Shown here: positions 42,054-55,072 of the stretch, one piece after another
Numbering within the stretch: position 1 is the stretch's first letter
Layout of the letters: each line of letters starts with the position of its first letter
Program-made: the position numbers and the translations under genes
Notes under the pieces: generated by a model
What the model was told of the DNA's origin: nothing
The model's input: the letters and a program-made list of their open reading frames with translations, nothing else
The model's database searches: none
Origin: Camelus ferus
Taxonomy: Eukaryota
Assembly: GCF_009834535.1 (NCBI RefSeq)
Contig: NC_045716.1
Coordinates: 29,698,001 to 29,762,000, forward strand
Direction of reading: 5' to 3'
DNA length: 64,000 bases

Positions 42054-44937
42054 ACAGGCTAAACAAAAGCTGGATACCTGGCAGACACCGTGATAGCAGT
42101 TATTTGCTTTTGTTTTTGTTTTTGTTTTTCCCCTTGTCATTTTTATGTACGCTAAAATACCCTTCGGAAATTTTAATTGAAAGTGTAGTTGATTTAGTTA
42201 CGTGGGAAAGGAGATATTTTTCTGGTTTGTCCCAGCTTTCTAGGACTGTTCAGGCTGCCTGATCCTTAGATTGTACTTGAAAGAAATGGGGTCCTTAGAC
42301 GGCAGACTGAGTGTGTCCTGCGTCAGACCCATCTCCCCCAGGCTGGGGGCTTCAGGGTTGCTTATGGGCCTAGACTTGTGTAGTTTGAACTGTTACTGCT
42401 TCACATGCACATGTTACAGGAAGAGGCTTGCGGACTGGACTCAGTCATCTAGTTTGTGGGTCCCAGGTGTCCTGAGGAGAGGGGCTTCTGCCTGAGAGCA
42501 AGTGACATGAGTGCCAGTCTCTCATCACTTTGTTACTTTCTTTCCGCCACTTGTGTGGAAAGGTGGCTGTCACTCTGAGAGCGCAGGTCTGGAGCCAGCA
42601 AAGTGGAATGTGAGGAAGTTCGCAAGTGCCTGAACTACTTCTCAGCAGTGTCTGTAGAGGGCCAGTTACAGAGGTGCTGGTTTCAGCAGGAGCATACGAA
42701 GTGTCACTTCCTTAAAAGTAACCCACCTGGGTCACACCTGGCACGTGTGCACCGTTCGCTTGTGGTTTCGTAGAGAGTTGAAGAAACTGGTTTACAGCTT
42801 CCTTCTTGTCTGGAAATGTCTAGTGCCCGGATCCCTGGAGGGTGCTGCAGGCTTCCCTCCCGCCCTTCAGAAGGGGATGCTCTCTGGGGTCAGCTCTGCC
42901 CCTCACCGCCTCCAGCCTCTTCCTTTCCGTTCCCTGTTATTCTCCACAAAGCACCAGTGTTAGGAAAGCTGTATGTTGGAAGGCTTTTTCCTGTGCTCTG
43001 ACTCTTTCTTCTCTGGAAAGTTACATGATAGTTTTCTGAGATCATAGTTTTTCTCTTAGGAGCTGGTGAACTGAAGGATGCTGGGCCTGGAGCAGATGGA
43101 GGCAGGAGAGGAGGGGAGTGGGACGACTTTGCCTGGTGGAAACAGATGCAGAGGGTGTGTGCGTCTGAGGACCAGTCCCACCGTCCTGTCACCCTCCCAA
43201 GGAAGCAGTCACTCCAAGCTCAGGCTTTGTACAGCTTTTCTGCTGTTTCGGAGCAATGGTTTTAATTTGTAAAAACATGGAAATTTCTGTCTGAATTTTT
43301 AAAGCCCCAGGTAAGAGTAACCTGAGGAATGATGGCTCCACGGGCAGGGCTCTTGGTGGGCACTCTGCTTCTCCTGGGTGGTCTGGGGAGCTCAGACACC
43401 ACAGAGGTCTTTCCTCCCGAGGGCTGACTTTGGTTGTGCACCGGGGGCCATGTGGCGGAGTGTCAGGAGGGAGGGTTTGGACGACTTCTCTCACTTCTAT
43501 AAAGGGAGTGGCCATGTTTGCGAAGGAACCACCCTCATTTAACTGTGAAATGCTTCGTGTTTGCTTTTTCCACAGGGAGAGGTGTCCTGGGGTGACAAGG
43601 ATTTCCGCAGTCTGGCCGTTTTAGGGGCAGGTGTTGCCGTGGGATTTTTCTACTTCTGTTTTTGAGACCCTGGGAAAGAAATCAGCTGGAAGCACTTTCT
43701 GCGGTATCACCTGGTGAGAGGTCTGGTGAGGCGACTCTGTGCTCTGTCTACACACCTGCGGTGGTGGCCCATCCCTGTGGTCTGTCAGCCTCGGGGTGGA
43801 GACAAGACACAGTTTTACTTCTTCCACTAACTGCCCCGCCGAGCTCTCACACCCACTTTCCTGCTGGTTGGAGGCCCCTTTAACGTCATGGCCTGACTTC
43901 ATCTTTCATTAGCTTTAGCTTCTAAGACTTAGTTCTGTTTGTTTATTTATCTTTAAATTTCAGTCTCATATCTGACTCAGAACGCTCCTCCTCTTGGTGC
44001 ACCTCTGCCCTGCTCGCTGGCCTCAGACACTGAGGGCAAGCACTGTCATCCCTGGGCTTTGTGTCACAGCAGCAGAGGCCCCCCCCCCCCTTGTCCTGCA
44101 GGACTCTCAGGCTTGAGTGCAGACTCTCACAAGTGCAGAGGACTCATTCCCCCGTTGCCCTAAATAACCACTTATAAGGTGAGGCTTCCTTCTGTGTGAC
44201 GATGTCGGCAGAAAACTGTTGTTTACCACTGTGTTGTCTGTCACACGTCTGTCCTCAGAGAGCCCCTTGGTGATGCTCCCTACGTGGTGGGGGGAGGGCT
44301 GCTACAGCCCCTCTCTGCCAGGGACCTGCCACCTGCAGATGCTGCTGTGCAGAGGTTGAGACGGGTGTCTTCCTGTACCCGCGTTCTGGACAGATGCCAG
44401 AGTTTCCTCGAGGGTCTGTGTGGCTGACAGTCACATGCTTGTTCCACACTCGGCCTGGAGCACGTGCAGTCGAAGTGTTCTCTCCCCAGCCCACCTGACT
44501 CAGCCCTGCGGTGTCCAGTGGGGGCTGCCTCTGGCCTGGCTCAGACCAAGGACCAGATCCTCCTGACTTAGGGGCACTTCCGTGTAGGCTGGGAAAGTCC
44601 AGGTGTGAATGTGAATCTGTGTTCTCTCCAGCCATGCCCCCCACCCCCTACCCACTTGTCTGAGAAGACCCCTGATAACATCCTAGGGTGTCGCAGAAAT
44701 AAGATAGCTTTCACAGCTACCCCTGAGCCCGGGTGCACTTCCAGGGCCATGGCCTGGAACAGATGCTCTCTTGTGAAGGGCTTAATTGGGAACAAAGAAC
44801 TACAGTTCCCAAAACTTCAGTAGCATTCTTTGTTTTAAAACAGCTTTGTTGTTTTTCAAAAATTTGATAACAGAAGTTTTCGGAAATAAATAAAAACATT
44901 AAGAAGGAAGTCACCATCCCATGCTAACCCAGGCGGG

Positions 44938-44939
<2 letters not shown>

Positions 44940-44980
<41 letters not shown>

Positions 44981-45032
44981 GTGTCTGTGTCTGTGTCTGT
45001 GTCTGTGTCTGTGTCTGTGTCTGTGTGTGTGT
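44940..45032 (+). repeat. Compound microsatellite (GT)~20 + (GTGTCT)7 + (GT)n
   Basis: Read directly. Confidence 0.95.
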
Positions 45033-48000
45033 TCCTCCTGGCCAGTCTGAAAGCATACCCGTGGCCCACTGCACACTCAGGCGGTGGTGCACTGCGTTGG
45101 ATAAAGTGTGCCAGGTAAGCTGGGCAGCGATCCAGGCTGTCCAAGATCTCAGTGTAATGGGGACAGTGAGGGTGCCCCCACCCTCGTCTCACCAACGTGA
45201 AGGCTGGAGGGGCCTTGCTGTCTGGGGATTGTGTGTTGCAGAGGAGAAGCTGGGATGTGCAGGTGCTTTGAGACCTCTCTATGCCAGGTGTTATGGCTGT
45301 ATTACAGACATGTTCAGGAGTCTGTGTTGTAGTGGTTGTGGTGGTGGTGAGTCTCCACACTTAGGACTGTGTCCTCATTGTCCAGTCCTGGGCCCTCCTG
45401 CCATTTCCACAAGCAGCTGTGTTGTAGTGGTCAAGATGGTATAGACAGGAGGCGGACGAGGTGATGTAGGCACAGCCTTTGCCGTGTCTGATGCGCCCTT
45501 GGAGGGCCTGTGGGCTCCAGACGGCAGGTGGGCGGGCGACAGAGGGCTGCACGTTCATTTCGTTGGCATGCCCCTGACTGGATGGACAGAATGTTCCCAA
45601 ATCAGCTCTTCTTTCAACGTAAGCTCTTTTCAGTTTGTGTTCCTTTTGGATTTTCAAGCCAGTTTAGAAGCTTAGTGCTCAGTGTACCAAGTTATAATTC
45701 CTGTTCTTGAATTGGTTCCTGTTTATTAAAATAATCCCAAGCTAAAAATGTCCCTGTTAGTGCAATACGAAGCCAAGGCCTGTCTGCAGAGTGTGTGCTG
45801 CTCCCAGAGCCGGGGCGCCTGTGCGTGTGGATGTCTGAGGACCGAGGCCCGTGCCATGCTGACAGATGTCCTGCTTGTAACTCGGCTGCTGTGACTGGCT
45901 TTCTCTCTTCTAGGTGGACCGGTTGGAAGTCATGAACAAACAGTTTGTGCGTGTGATTCCTGCCCCTGGGACACCATCCGAGGTGAGGGGTGGGCTCGGC
46001 TGGGTGTTCCAGACATAGCTTTTGGTATTTAGTGTAAGATGTAGTTTTATGTTTTTTTAGAGAGATGCCTCGCTGAGTTTCAGTATCCAGCACCCACCTG
46101 TGTTAATGTGCTCCTTGACTTTGTTGGCACATCGGATAGCACAGGACCCCTTATAAACCTGCAGCTGTGATTTCAGTGTTTTAAGTAGCACGTAAGAGCC
46201 ACGAGCCAAGATTTGGGATGAGAGGAAGATGGCGTGAGGGAGTGAGGAGGCAAGCAGGTGTCAGTAGTCGATGGGCATTTTGTATGTTGACCTGACGCCT
46301 GAGCCTGTGCTTTGGGGGCCAGGACAGCAGGGCCTTCAGAGCTGCTCAGGGCTTCGCTGGGAGAGGAGCTGGTGAGGGAGGTGGCGGCCCTGGGTGGGGG
46401 CCACCTTAGGTGCCTCGGTCTCTGCAGAAGTTCGTATGGTTCAGCATCGGCAGTGTGGATGCCTTCGAGCGGAACCTGGAGACTGCTCACTGGGAGCTGG
46501 GCATCAAGACCCCCAACCGGATGGCCGTGGTCTGCACCACTGAGAGCGATGAGAGAGCCAGGGTGCAGTCCAGGGCCTCTGGCTCTGAGCACAGAACAGT
46601 TTAGTGCTTAACCTATTTTGGAGGGTGCATCCTTCCAGCCAGTTACAGGCATCTGCTAATAGTTATAATGTCCGTAGTGAAAAATCAATTTGTTATCTAT
46701 TTTTATTGAGGAAAGGCTTGATCAGGGAAAAGTTTAGCTAGACAGCCTTAGAAAAGTGGTGCAGTGCCTGCGGGACAGATGCTGACACATTTTAGAAAGA
46801 AACTGCTCCCTTTTGTGTTGCAGGGCCAGGCTCTGGAGCCCTCAGTGTTCTTGCCTGGAGGGCCGTGTTTCTGGCCTTTCCCTTGAATATGGCAGATGGT
46901 TTTCTTGGACTCTCTAGCTCTTTCTTTCAAAGCCTGGTGCCCACCGTTCTCCTGGTCGGCATCCTTCTCTGTACCCTGAGGAGAGGTCCGATGGGGGCTG
47001 GGCGTGGAGGGAGCCTCTTCAGTGTTGGTGAGACCACAGCCTGGGTCGTCAGGGACAACATCGGTGTGCGGTTTGCAGACGTGGCCAGTTGCGAAGAGGC
47101 CAAATTGGAGATCATGGAGTTTGTGAATTTCTTGAAGAATCCCAAGCAATATCAGGACCTCGGAGCCAAAATTCCAAAGGTACTGACTTCAGAAAACATG
47201 GTGATGCTGTGAGCTTCGTCCTGGTTTGTTGTTGACAGCTTAGCCTTTTGTGACTTTGGTTTTAGTGGTCCATTGCAGTGGGGAGAGGAAACAGCGTTTG
47301 CAGAGTAGAGCAGTGAAAATCCTCTCATCTGATGCGCTCGAGACCACAGTGAGGTGACTGTTTTAAAGTATGAAACTGGAATCACAGGAACAGTACACGT
47401 CTACCTGGAGTGAGTTTATTTCCACTCCAGGCACAAATGTGTGTTTTTCCTTGGTGTCTTGGAGGGCAGGCCTTCCTTTGAGTTTGGCACCCTATTCAAA
47501 CCCTCTGTTACGTTTCTTGCATAAACCACTTACTATCTGTGGTTGTGATTTTCATTCAAGTACAGTCCTGTATTTTTATGACATTCTTTCACGTTTTCTT
47601 ATCTGTTCAGTTTGGCAGCCTTGTTTTTTTTTTTTTAATGCAGTTTGCTTTTTTGCTTTATTATCCAAAGCCTTCAGCTTCGTTTTTGAAGGAACCGCTT
47701 TCTTTACTCCTATTTTATTAACTTATGTGGTATTAAAGTACATAATTAAAACAACAAGCACTGCCCTTGTAAACGGGTCTGGGACCAGATGCAGCTGCCT
47801 CTTGGGAAGCCCTTGACCCAGCAGGTGGAGCAGGCATGCAGTGTGGCCGCAGGTCAGGTGTGGCACAGGGAAATGGGGGCTCGGGGGTGGACCTCTGAGG
47901 GCCCGGCTGAAGCTGTGAGTCCTTTTCCCAGAAAGATTTGTGTCTCACAGGAAGTAGATTCACAGATCCCTCGAGGCGTCCCTGGGCTCTGGACCAGGCT

Positions 48001-48546
48001 GAGAGCCCTCCTGGTGTAGACCGTCCTCACCCCACAGAGCTTCCCCAACATGGTCCCTGCGGGGAGGGTACTGCCGACACCTTACTCTGAACAACAATAG
48101 AAGATGACTGACCATTGGGGATTAGAGGGCTGGAGGCATGTGTTTCTGCCTGACAACCTGGTGAGAGCTGGCTGGAAAGCTCACGAGTGTGGCCGGTGCA
48201 CAAGCCGCCTTCTGCTCCTGTTGGAGCCGCACCAGCAGGGAGCCCAGCTGTCGCTCACCTTGGCTTAACAGGCAGGTGCTGCTGGGGGTGCTTCTGTGTG
48301 CCTTTCAGGAATTTTTTCTGGGGCTTGTGTTTCCTGGGAAAGTGTGTGTGGTAAACAGTGGGTGTGGCACAGGCAGGTGACAGAAGAGCCTCTCGTGTGG
48401 AGGGAGGGCACTCTGTCAAGTCTGCGTGGTGCTGAGGACGCTGGGGCCTGTGTGACTTCCTAGCTCCCGCTGGGTGTGATCTGCAGTAAACGTGGGCACA
48501 GGGACCCTGGGTCCACTGCCTTCTGTCTTTTTTGTTTGTTTCTGTC

Positions 48547-48665
48547 TTTTTTGGGGGTGGGTAATTAGGTTTATTTATTTATTTATTTAATGGGGGTAGC
48601 TGGGATTGAACCCAGGACCTTGTGCATGCTCAGCAGCTCTCCACCACTGAGCTCTGCCCCCCCCC
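48547..48665 (-). mobile_element. tRNA-derived SINE (camelid type, with CCTAATTAC tail)
   Basis: Minus strand GGGGCAGAGCTCAGTGGTGGAGAG...CCTGGGTTCAATCCCAGCTACC followed by (AAAT)n, CCTAATTACCC and A tail. Confidence 0.8.
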
Positions 48666-51600
48666 CCCCACTGCCTCCTGTCTTGAAGAGACTGGCAGGG
48701 ATGGAGCGTGAAGACCCTGTGCATGGTGGGCTGTGACACCTCCATGAACCCCACCTCCCCATTCACAAGACGTGGGGCCCCAGCACCTGTGGGTTGAGTT
48801 GTGGCTCCCTCCTCCCCCACTTTACATATTTTGTTTCTGTTCTTAAAGACTTAAAAAAATTACTTTATGGTCTCTTTTGAAATAATTAGATATTAACCCA
48901 CAGCACGGACTGGAAATAAAGCAACATAAGCCCCCCTTTAAGTCTCTCCTCAGTTTCCAGGCATAGTGGTGTCCACAGAAGGAGCACTAAAGTGTGTCAC
49001 TAGGGCATGAATTGTGATTCTAACCCTCAAGTCAGTGCAGAGAAGGGCAGGCCGTAGACAAGGAAGCACAGCAGCGGCGGCCACACAGCTGCTGCCTTCC
49101 TGCTGCCTTGGGGCCAGCTGGACAGAGTCTCTGTGGCCACAGTATACACCACACCCTGTGACCCAGCTAGTCCTGCCTGGGAGCGTTTCCTGAAGAAATA
49201 ACACGCTCAGCTGCGGGGAGAGGGCACAGGGGGCTTTGTGTGTCTGCACCATCTGAACGTTTTACCATGAAACAGTAAACCAGTTTTACTGTGAACATGC
49301 ATTCATCTCACAAGCAGAAAATGTTAAACAGAAAGCACACCTCAGACTGCCAGCGCGGCGCACTCCTAGAAGGCATCCCTGGAGGGCGCCTGCTTCAGTG
49401 GGAGGGGGCGCTCTGCTCCCTCCGGCTCCATCCGTCCCCTTAAGAACCAAGTGTCACCTTTTTGTTCCAGGGAGCCGTGCTCACAGGTCCTCCTGGTGCT
49501 GGCAAAACTTCTCACCAAGGTGACTGCGGGGGAGGCCAGTGTGCCTGTCATCACTGTGAATGGGTCCGAGTTCCTGAAAGTGTTTGTGGGCGTTGGGCCA
49601 GCTTGGGTAGGTGGATGCGCTCTATCCCTGCCCCGGGTCTGTGTGGGGCCCTGGCGGTGGGCACCAAGCAGACCACAGATGTGCAGGGGAGACCCAGGTG
49701 GGCAGACAGCAGCTTAGGTGGGTCAGGTTCCAGAAGAGGGGGCTCAAGTTGGTAGACTCTTCTTCCTGTCTTTGTGCCGGTAACAGAGTAGACTCTGTGT
49801 GGACTCCTGTTTCAGGTTTGCGACATGTTTGCGATGGCCTGAAAAAATGTCCCTTGTATCTTATTCATTGATGAGATGGGTGCAATTGGCAGGAAACGAG
49901 GCTGCGGGCACTTTGGTTGCCAGAGCGAGCAGGAGAACACCTTGAACCAGATGCTGGTGGAGGTGAATGGTGAGACCCCACATTACCGTCTGCCAGGCCT
50001 TCATTTCTGTGCAGTAGCTCCCTGGGCGAGAACCCCTGATTATTCTGTTTGAGAAAGGCTGTTTTCAGGCACACGTACTGGAGAGAGCTGTTCGGTTCAC
50101 ACAGGCCCCACTGTCAGCAGGAGGACCAGGTGTTGGTGCCCTCCCCGGCCCGGGGCTCACAGGTGCCCAGGCTGCCTCTTGCACCAAAATCTCTCTCCTC
50201 TCTCCCCCTCGAGACTTATGCTCAGAGAGGCTCCAGCCGAGTCTGACAGCCTGCCAGGACTGCTGATGCCTCCCGGGAAGTGTCTAGGCCTTCGTGCCAG
50301 TTTTTGAATTTTGGAAAGCTTTCTGTGGTCCTTTGGCAAATCTTGTCTTCTCTTCATCTTTGTAACTGTGTTGGGGTTCGCGAGATTACCCCGGGTTTGG
50401 TGATCCACTGGAAGGCCTCCATGTTTAGTTGTGTTCGTACTGTGGTTGACTTCAGTGACAGGACACAGAGGAGAATCACGGGGAAGAGGTGCCTGGGCCA
50501 GGCCCAGGGAAGCCGGCCACAGCTTCCAGAGGCCCTTCCTATGGAGTCTCAGGGCACACTTCCTCCCCTGGCAGTGGGTTGGATGCCACTCGGGAGTGCT
50601 GTCGGCCAGGGTCAGGGTTCCCAAGGGGGTCGGGTCATGTGGCACCCTGCGCCAGCACATCCCGGGGGGGAAGGTGCGTGCTTGGCGTGAAGCACACTGT
50701 TTGCAGAGTGTAGACACAGGGGGCCCCACTTATCAGGGAGCAATGGAGACCCTCCTTAAATCCCGGGTCCCAGAGACGGTCGGGGGCCCTGTGAGCAGGC
50801 CTTGCCAAAGATGTGCTGGATGGGACTGCCGTGTGTGCTTTTCTGAACAGGCCAGAACGTTGCTCAAGTCTTCAGTTGTATTGAGTATCCAACAGTCATT
50901 CTAATTAAGCTGTTACTCTGTCCTGATGTCTGGAGGGGCTGATGGGAGAGACAGTTGGAGGGGAAGGAGGTTGGGAGCACTTCCTCTCCCCTGGCCCTGC
51001 CAGGTGCCCTGTTCTCCTTTGTACGGCCCTACCTGCCGCTGTCCCGTCTGGCTCCCTGGTCTGCAAGCCTTTCAGCACCTGGGTGATCCAGGGCACTGAC
51101 AGTGGTGGGGGGAGGTCTCCCTGACCCCTGCAGGTTGCCGCGTGGTGTCAGAGGCTGGCAGGAACCAGTAATGAGTTAGGATGGGGGTCCACACCCTGAG
51201 ACTGGGCTGTGGGGGTCCCAGTTAGCTGAGGAATGGCTGGTTACCCACCAGTGCAGATGCCTCTCAGAGCAGTGGGGGACTGTGGGGGCCTAGCTGCTGG
51301 TTCCTGCGTGGCAGAGTGGGTGTCAGAGCCAGCCTTGGGTGTGAGTGTCTGCCCCACGCTGAGCAGCCTGTGCAGTGTGCTGTGGAGCCAGTGGGAGGAG
51401 ACGCAGAGCCAGTGTGGGGCTTCCCAGGGTGGGCAGTGGTTCTAGAAGGTCGGGCCAGGTGTGCAGGGGAGAGCAGGGGAGAGGAGAGGCCCCTCGGAGT
51501 GTGGTGCTGACCTGACAGGTGCCGACCGCACCCTCTCCTCGGCCTTACCTGCTCCTCTTGCATCCAGGGTTCAACTCGGCCAACGACGTCGTGGTGCTGG

Positions 51601-51701
51601 GCCGGCACCAACCGGCCTGGCGTTCTCAACCCGGCCAGTTTGACCGCCAGATTTACATTGGTGAGTGTGCTGGCCACCCGGTGCTCAGGCTTGGGGTTTC
51701 A

Positions 51702-51739
51702 TTTGGGTTTGGGTGAAAAATTTGGGTTTGGGTGAAAAA
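51702..51739 (+). repeat. Perfect 19-bp tandem duplication (TTTGGGTTTGGGTGAAAAA x2)
   Basis: Copies at 51702-51720 and 51721-51739. Confidence 0.9.
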
Positions 51740-53049
51740 TTTAGATAGATCATTAGATGTGTATTTGAAGGAGATTTTTGATTGAGGTCCTAAAGCAGTT
51801 AATACAGCGTTTTGAAACAACGGAGGAACATGTGTGCCCTCTACTTTTGGAAAGAACAGGTGTGGTTGGCCCCGCAGGAAGGTCACTGCAGTCCATGCAG
51901 CTGGGAGTGATGTGACGGACGTAGAGTTTTCAGCTTTTGTTCTTCATGCGCTGTTACAAAAACTTAAAGGGCAGTTTACAAGGGGAGTTCACTGTGGCCC
52001 TTTCCACTGAGGAAACGTCGGTCCTGCAGCCTACATCTGCTCGTGGTTGGGTCCTGGTCCCGGGAATGGGTTTGCTGTAGGCCAGAGGCTGCACCATCCG
52101 GAAAGTGTTTTAATGTGTTGAAAAGCTGAATGACCACCATGACCCATGGTTCACTTCTGCCCTGGCCCTAGTCGGGCAGCCAGGTGTGCAGTGCAGACAC
52201 ACGGGTGGTGCCTGGAACCTCAGACTGCCCTCACAGCCTTTGTGAAGTGGCTGCAGGTGACCCTCATCTGGCCGTCTGTGCCTCTGTCTCTCTCTGTTAG
52301 GCCCCTCTGACGTCAAAGGCAGGGCCTCTGTTTTCAAGGTCCACCTGTGTCCACTCAAGTTGAATGAGAGCCTCAGCAGGGACACCCTGGCAAGGAAGCT
52401 GGCGGTCCTCACTCCAGGCTTCACAGGTGAGTGTTGGCCAGGCTGTGTTGTCATGGTGCCACTCTTGTCTTTAGAAAGTTGACTCTGTTGGGACATGTCA
52501 GCGGTCTCAAGAGATTATTACCCCAAAGCTAATTTGTACTTGTTTGAATTTCTGGTTTAATTCTGTTTAGACTTGATACGTTTTTGTTGCAGAGATCAGA
52601 CTGACATCTGAGGGCAGACAGGTGAGGTGAAGAAGTTGCCGTGCGTTTTTTAGTCTTGGGCTTGCCCTCCCACCTGGGGGCTCCCTTTGCCTTTCTCTCT
52701 TCTTTGTGGTCAAAACCCAAGAGTTTACACTGGGGAACTTGTTTCCCTACCAGAGTGGTTTAAACATCAGGAGTTCACAGCTTTTCCAGGGGCTCCTGTC
52801 CATCGTACACCTCCTCAGCAGCCAGGGGGCTTTGCAGGCCTCATGGTTACCATGGCAAGCCGCTGGCCGCTGCCTCTGCCCCTGCCCCTCTGGGAACATA
52901 ATGTGGTGGTGCCTCAGCCCTCCAGCCACCACGGCCTCCGTCTCCTCAGTGTCCTGCCCAGGGAAGAAGTAATGGATGAGCACTTCCCAAGCGGGATAAA
53001 AGACATGAGTCTACACATCCAAGAAGTTCAGGGAACTCCAAGTAGGGAT

Positions 53050-55072
53050 GGAGCCTGAGACATCCATACTGAGATGTACTGTAATCCACACTGGTCAGAA
53101 GCAAAGAGGAGCTCTTAAAACCAGCAGGAGAGGAGGGACATGTCATGTACAAGGGTCTTCAATGAGATTAACATCTGATTTCTCATTGGAAACCAAGGAG
53201 GCCAGAAGGCAGAGGATCTGGCGAAACTCTTTTTCAATGATGAAGGAGAAATTAAGGCATTTCCAGATACTTTTAGGAGTTGAGAGAGCTTGTTATATTT
53301 AAACCTGCCCTACAAGAATCATTAGAGAGCCCTTCAGGCTGAAGTGAGTGAGCCAGTAACTTGAGGCTGTGAGGCAAGATAAAGGTCACTGGTAGAGGCC
53401 GCTGCGTAGGTAAATAGAAAGGCTGGCGTGGTGGTCTTTTTGGTTTGTAACTCCTCTTTTTCTCTTTATGGCTTGAAGGACGAGTGCATAAAACCATGAT
53501 TACAAGTCTGTTAATGGGTGCATGATGTAAAAAGATGTAACCTGAGACAGCGTCAGCATAAAGCTGGAAGGAGATGTGTAGGAGCAGAATGTCTGTGTAT
53601 CATTAAAGCTAGAGATGGGAAAGCTGATCTTAAAACTCACGTGGAACTGCCAGGGGACTGAGTAGCCAACAGCATCTCGTGAAAGAGCAGAGTTGGAAGA
53701 CCCACGCTCCCTTTGTTCAGAGCTTCCTGTGAAACTCCAGCAGCCAGAACAGGCAAGAGGGTAGGCGTGGACCAGTAGAGGAGAATTAAGAGGCCAGACA
53801 CGAGTCTCTGGTCCGTCGTTTCTGTCAAGTATACGAAGACCATCTGACGGGGAAAGAACAGTCTGTTCGACCAAAGGTGCTTGGACGGTGATCTCCACAA
53901 GCAAAGACGGAAACTGGACCTCAGGCTGTATGCAGAGGTCAACTCAAAGTGGTGAAGAGGCCAGAGTTTGGAGCTAAAACTGTAAAGGTCTTAGAAGGAG
54001 ACAAGGGAGAGGGTCTTCGTGGCCTTGGATTTGTCAGTGGCTTCTTAAACCTGCAAGCAGCAAGTGAAAGAACAAATCGCACTTCCTGAAAATTGCAATC
54101 TTTCGTGTGTCAAGGGACACTGTTGAGGGGATGAAAAGACAGCCTACAGGATGGAAGAAAATACTTGGAGATTATGCATCTCGTAAGGGCCTAGAGTCCA
54201 GAATTTGCAAAGAACCCGATTTAAAAGTGGGCAAAGGATTTGAATAGACACTTTTCCAAAGAAGAAATACAAATAGCCAGAAAGGACATGAAAAGATGCT
54301 CAGTGTTATTAGTCATTAGGGAAATGCATGTCAAAACCGCAAGATCCCACTTCACACCCTCCAGGATGGCCACGAAAGACAGACAGACGGAAGAGCTGGC
54401 AGGGTGTAGGCAGGTGGGAACCCTCCCTGTTGGTGGGATGTAAGATGGTATGTCTGTGGAGGTCAGTGTGGCAGTCCTTCAAGAAGCGAGATACAGTTGC
54501 TGTATGACCCCAGTTCCACTTGGGCATCTACCTAAGAGAATTAAAATCATTTTTCCACACAAAGACTGGTACATGGGCATTCACAGCAGCATTATTCATA
54601 AGGTGGGTACCACCACAGTGTCCATCAGGGCATGACCTGCAGATGCAGAGGGCCAACAGTACCACACTGTTTTGTACAAGGGGCTTGGGTTTCTGTGGAT
54701 TTTAGTGTCTCCTTGTGGATACCTTGGGACAGCTGTACTTGGAACATTATTCAGCCGTAGAAAGGACTGAAGTACTGATTGGTGCTGCGATGCTGGAGGA
54801 ACCTCACAGTATTTTGCAGGTGAAAGAAACGGACACAAAAGACTACATATTGTATGATTCCTTTTCTGTGAAACTTCCACAGACGGAAAGTAGATTAGTG
54901 GTTGGCGGGGGTGGGTACGAGAATTAACCATGTAAGTGCCAGGAATGTCTAGAATGAGATTAGGGCAGTAGTTGCACATCTTGATAAATGTACTAAAAGT
55001 CTTTGAAATAGACCCTTAAAATGAGTAGATTGTACATTAAATAAGTTATTCCTCAATAAATTTTTGAACCAA
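53050..55072 (+). mobile_element. Old L1 (L1M-type) with deleted ORF1/ORF2 remnants and 3' UTR
   Basis: ORF1-like 'gagattaacatctgatttctcattggaaaccaaggaggccagaaggcag'; ORF2-end 'gaatagacacttttccaaagaagaaatacaaatagcc'; 3' end 'ctcaataaa...aaaaaa'. Boundaries approximate. Confidence 0.75.

Noticed and set aside
44856-45444. ORFs with TH/CV/TQ/SV repeats
   Set aside because: Translations of the compound microsatellite.
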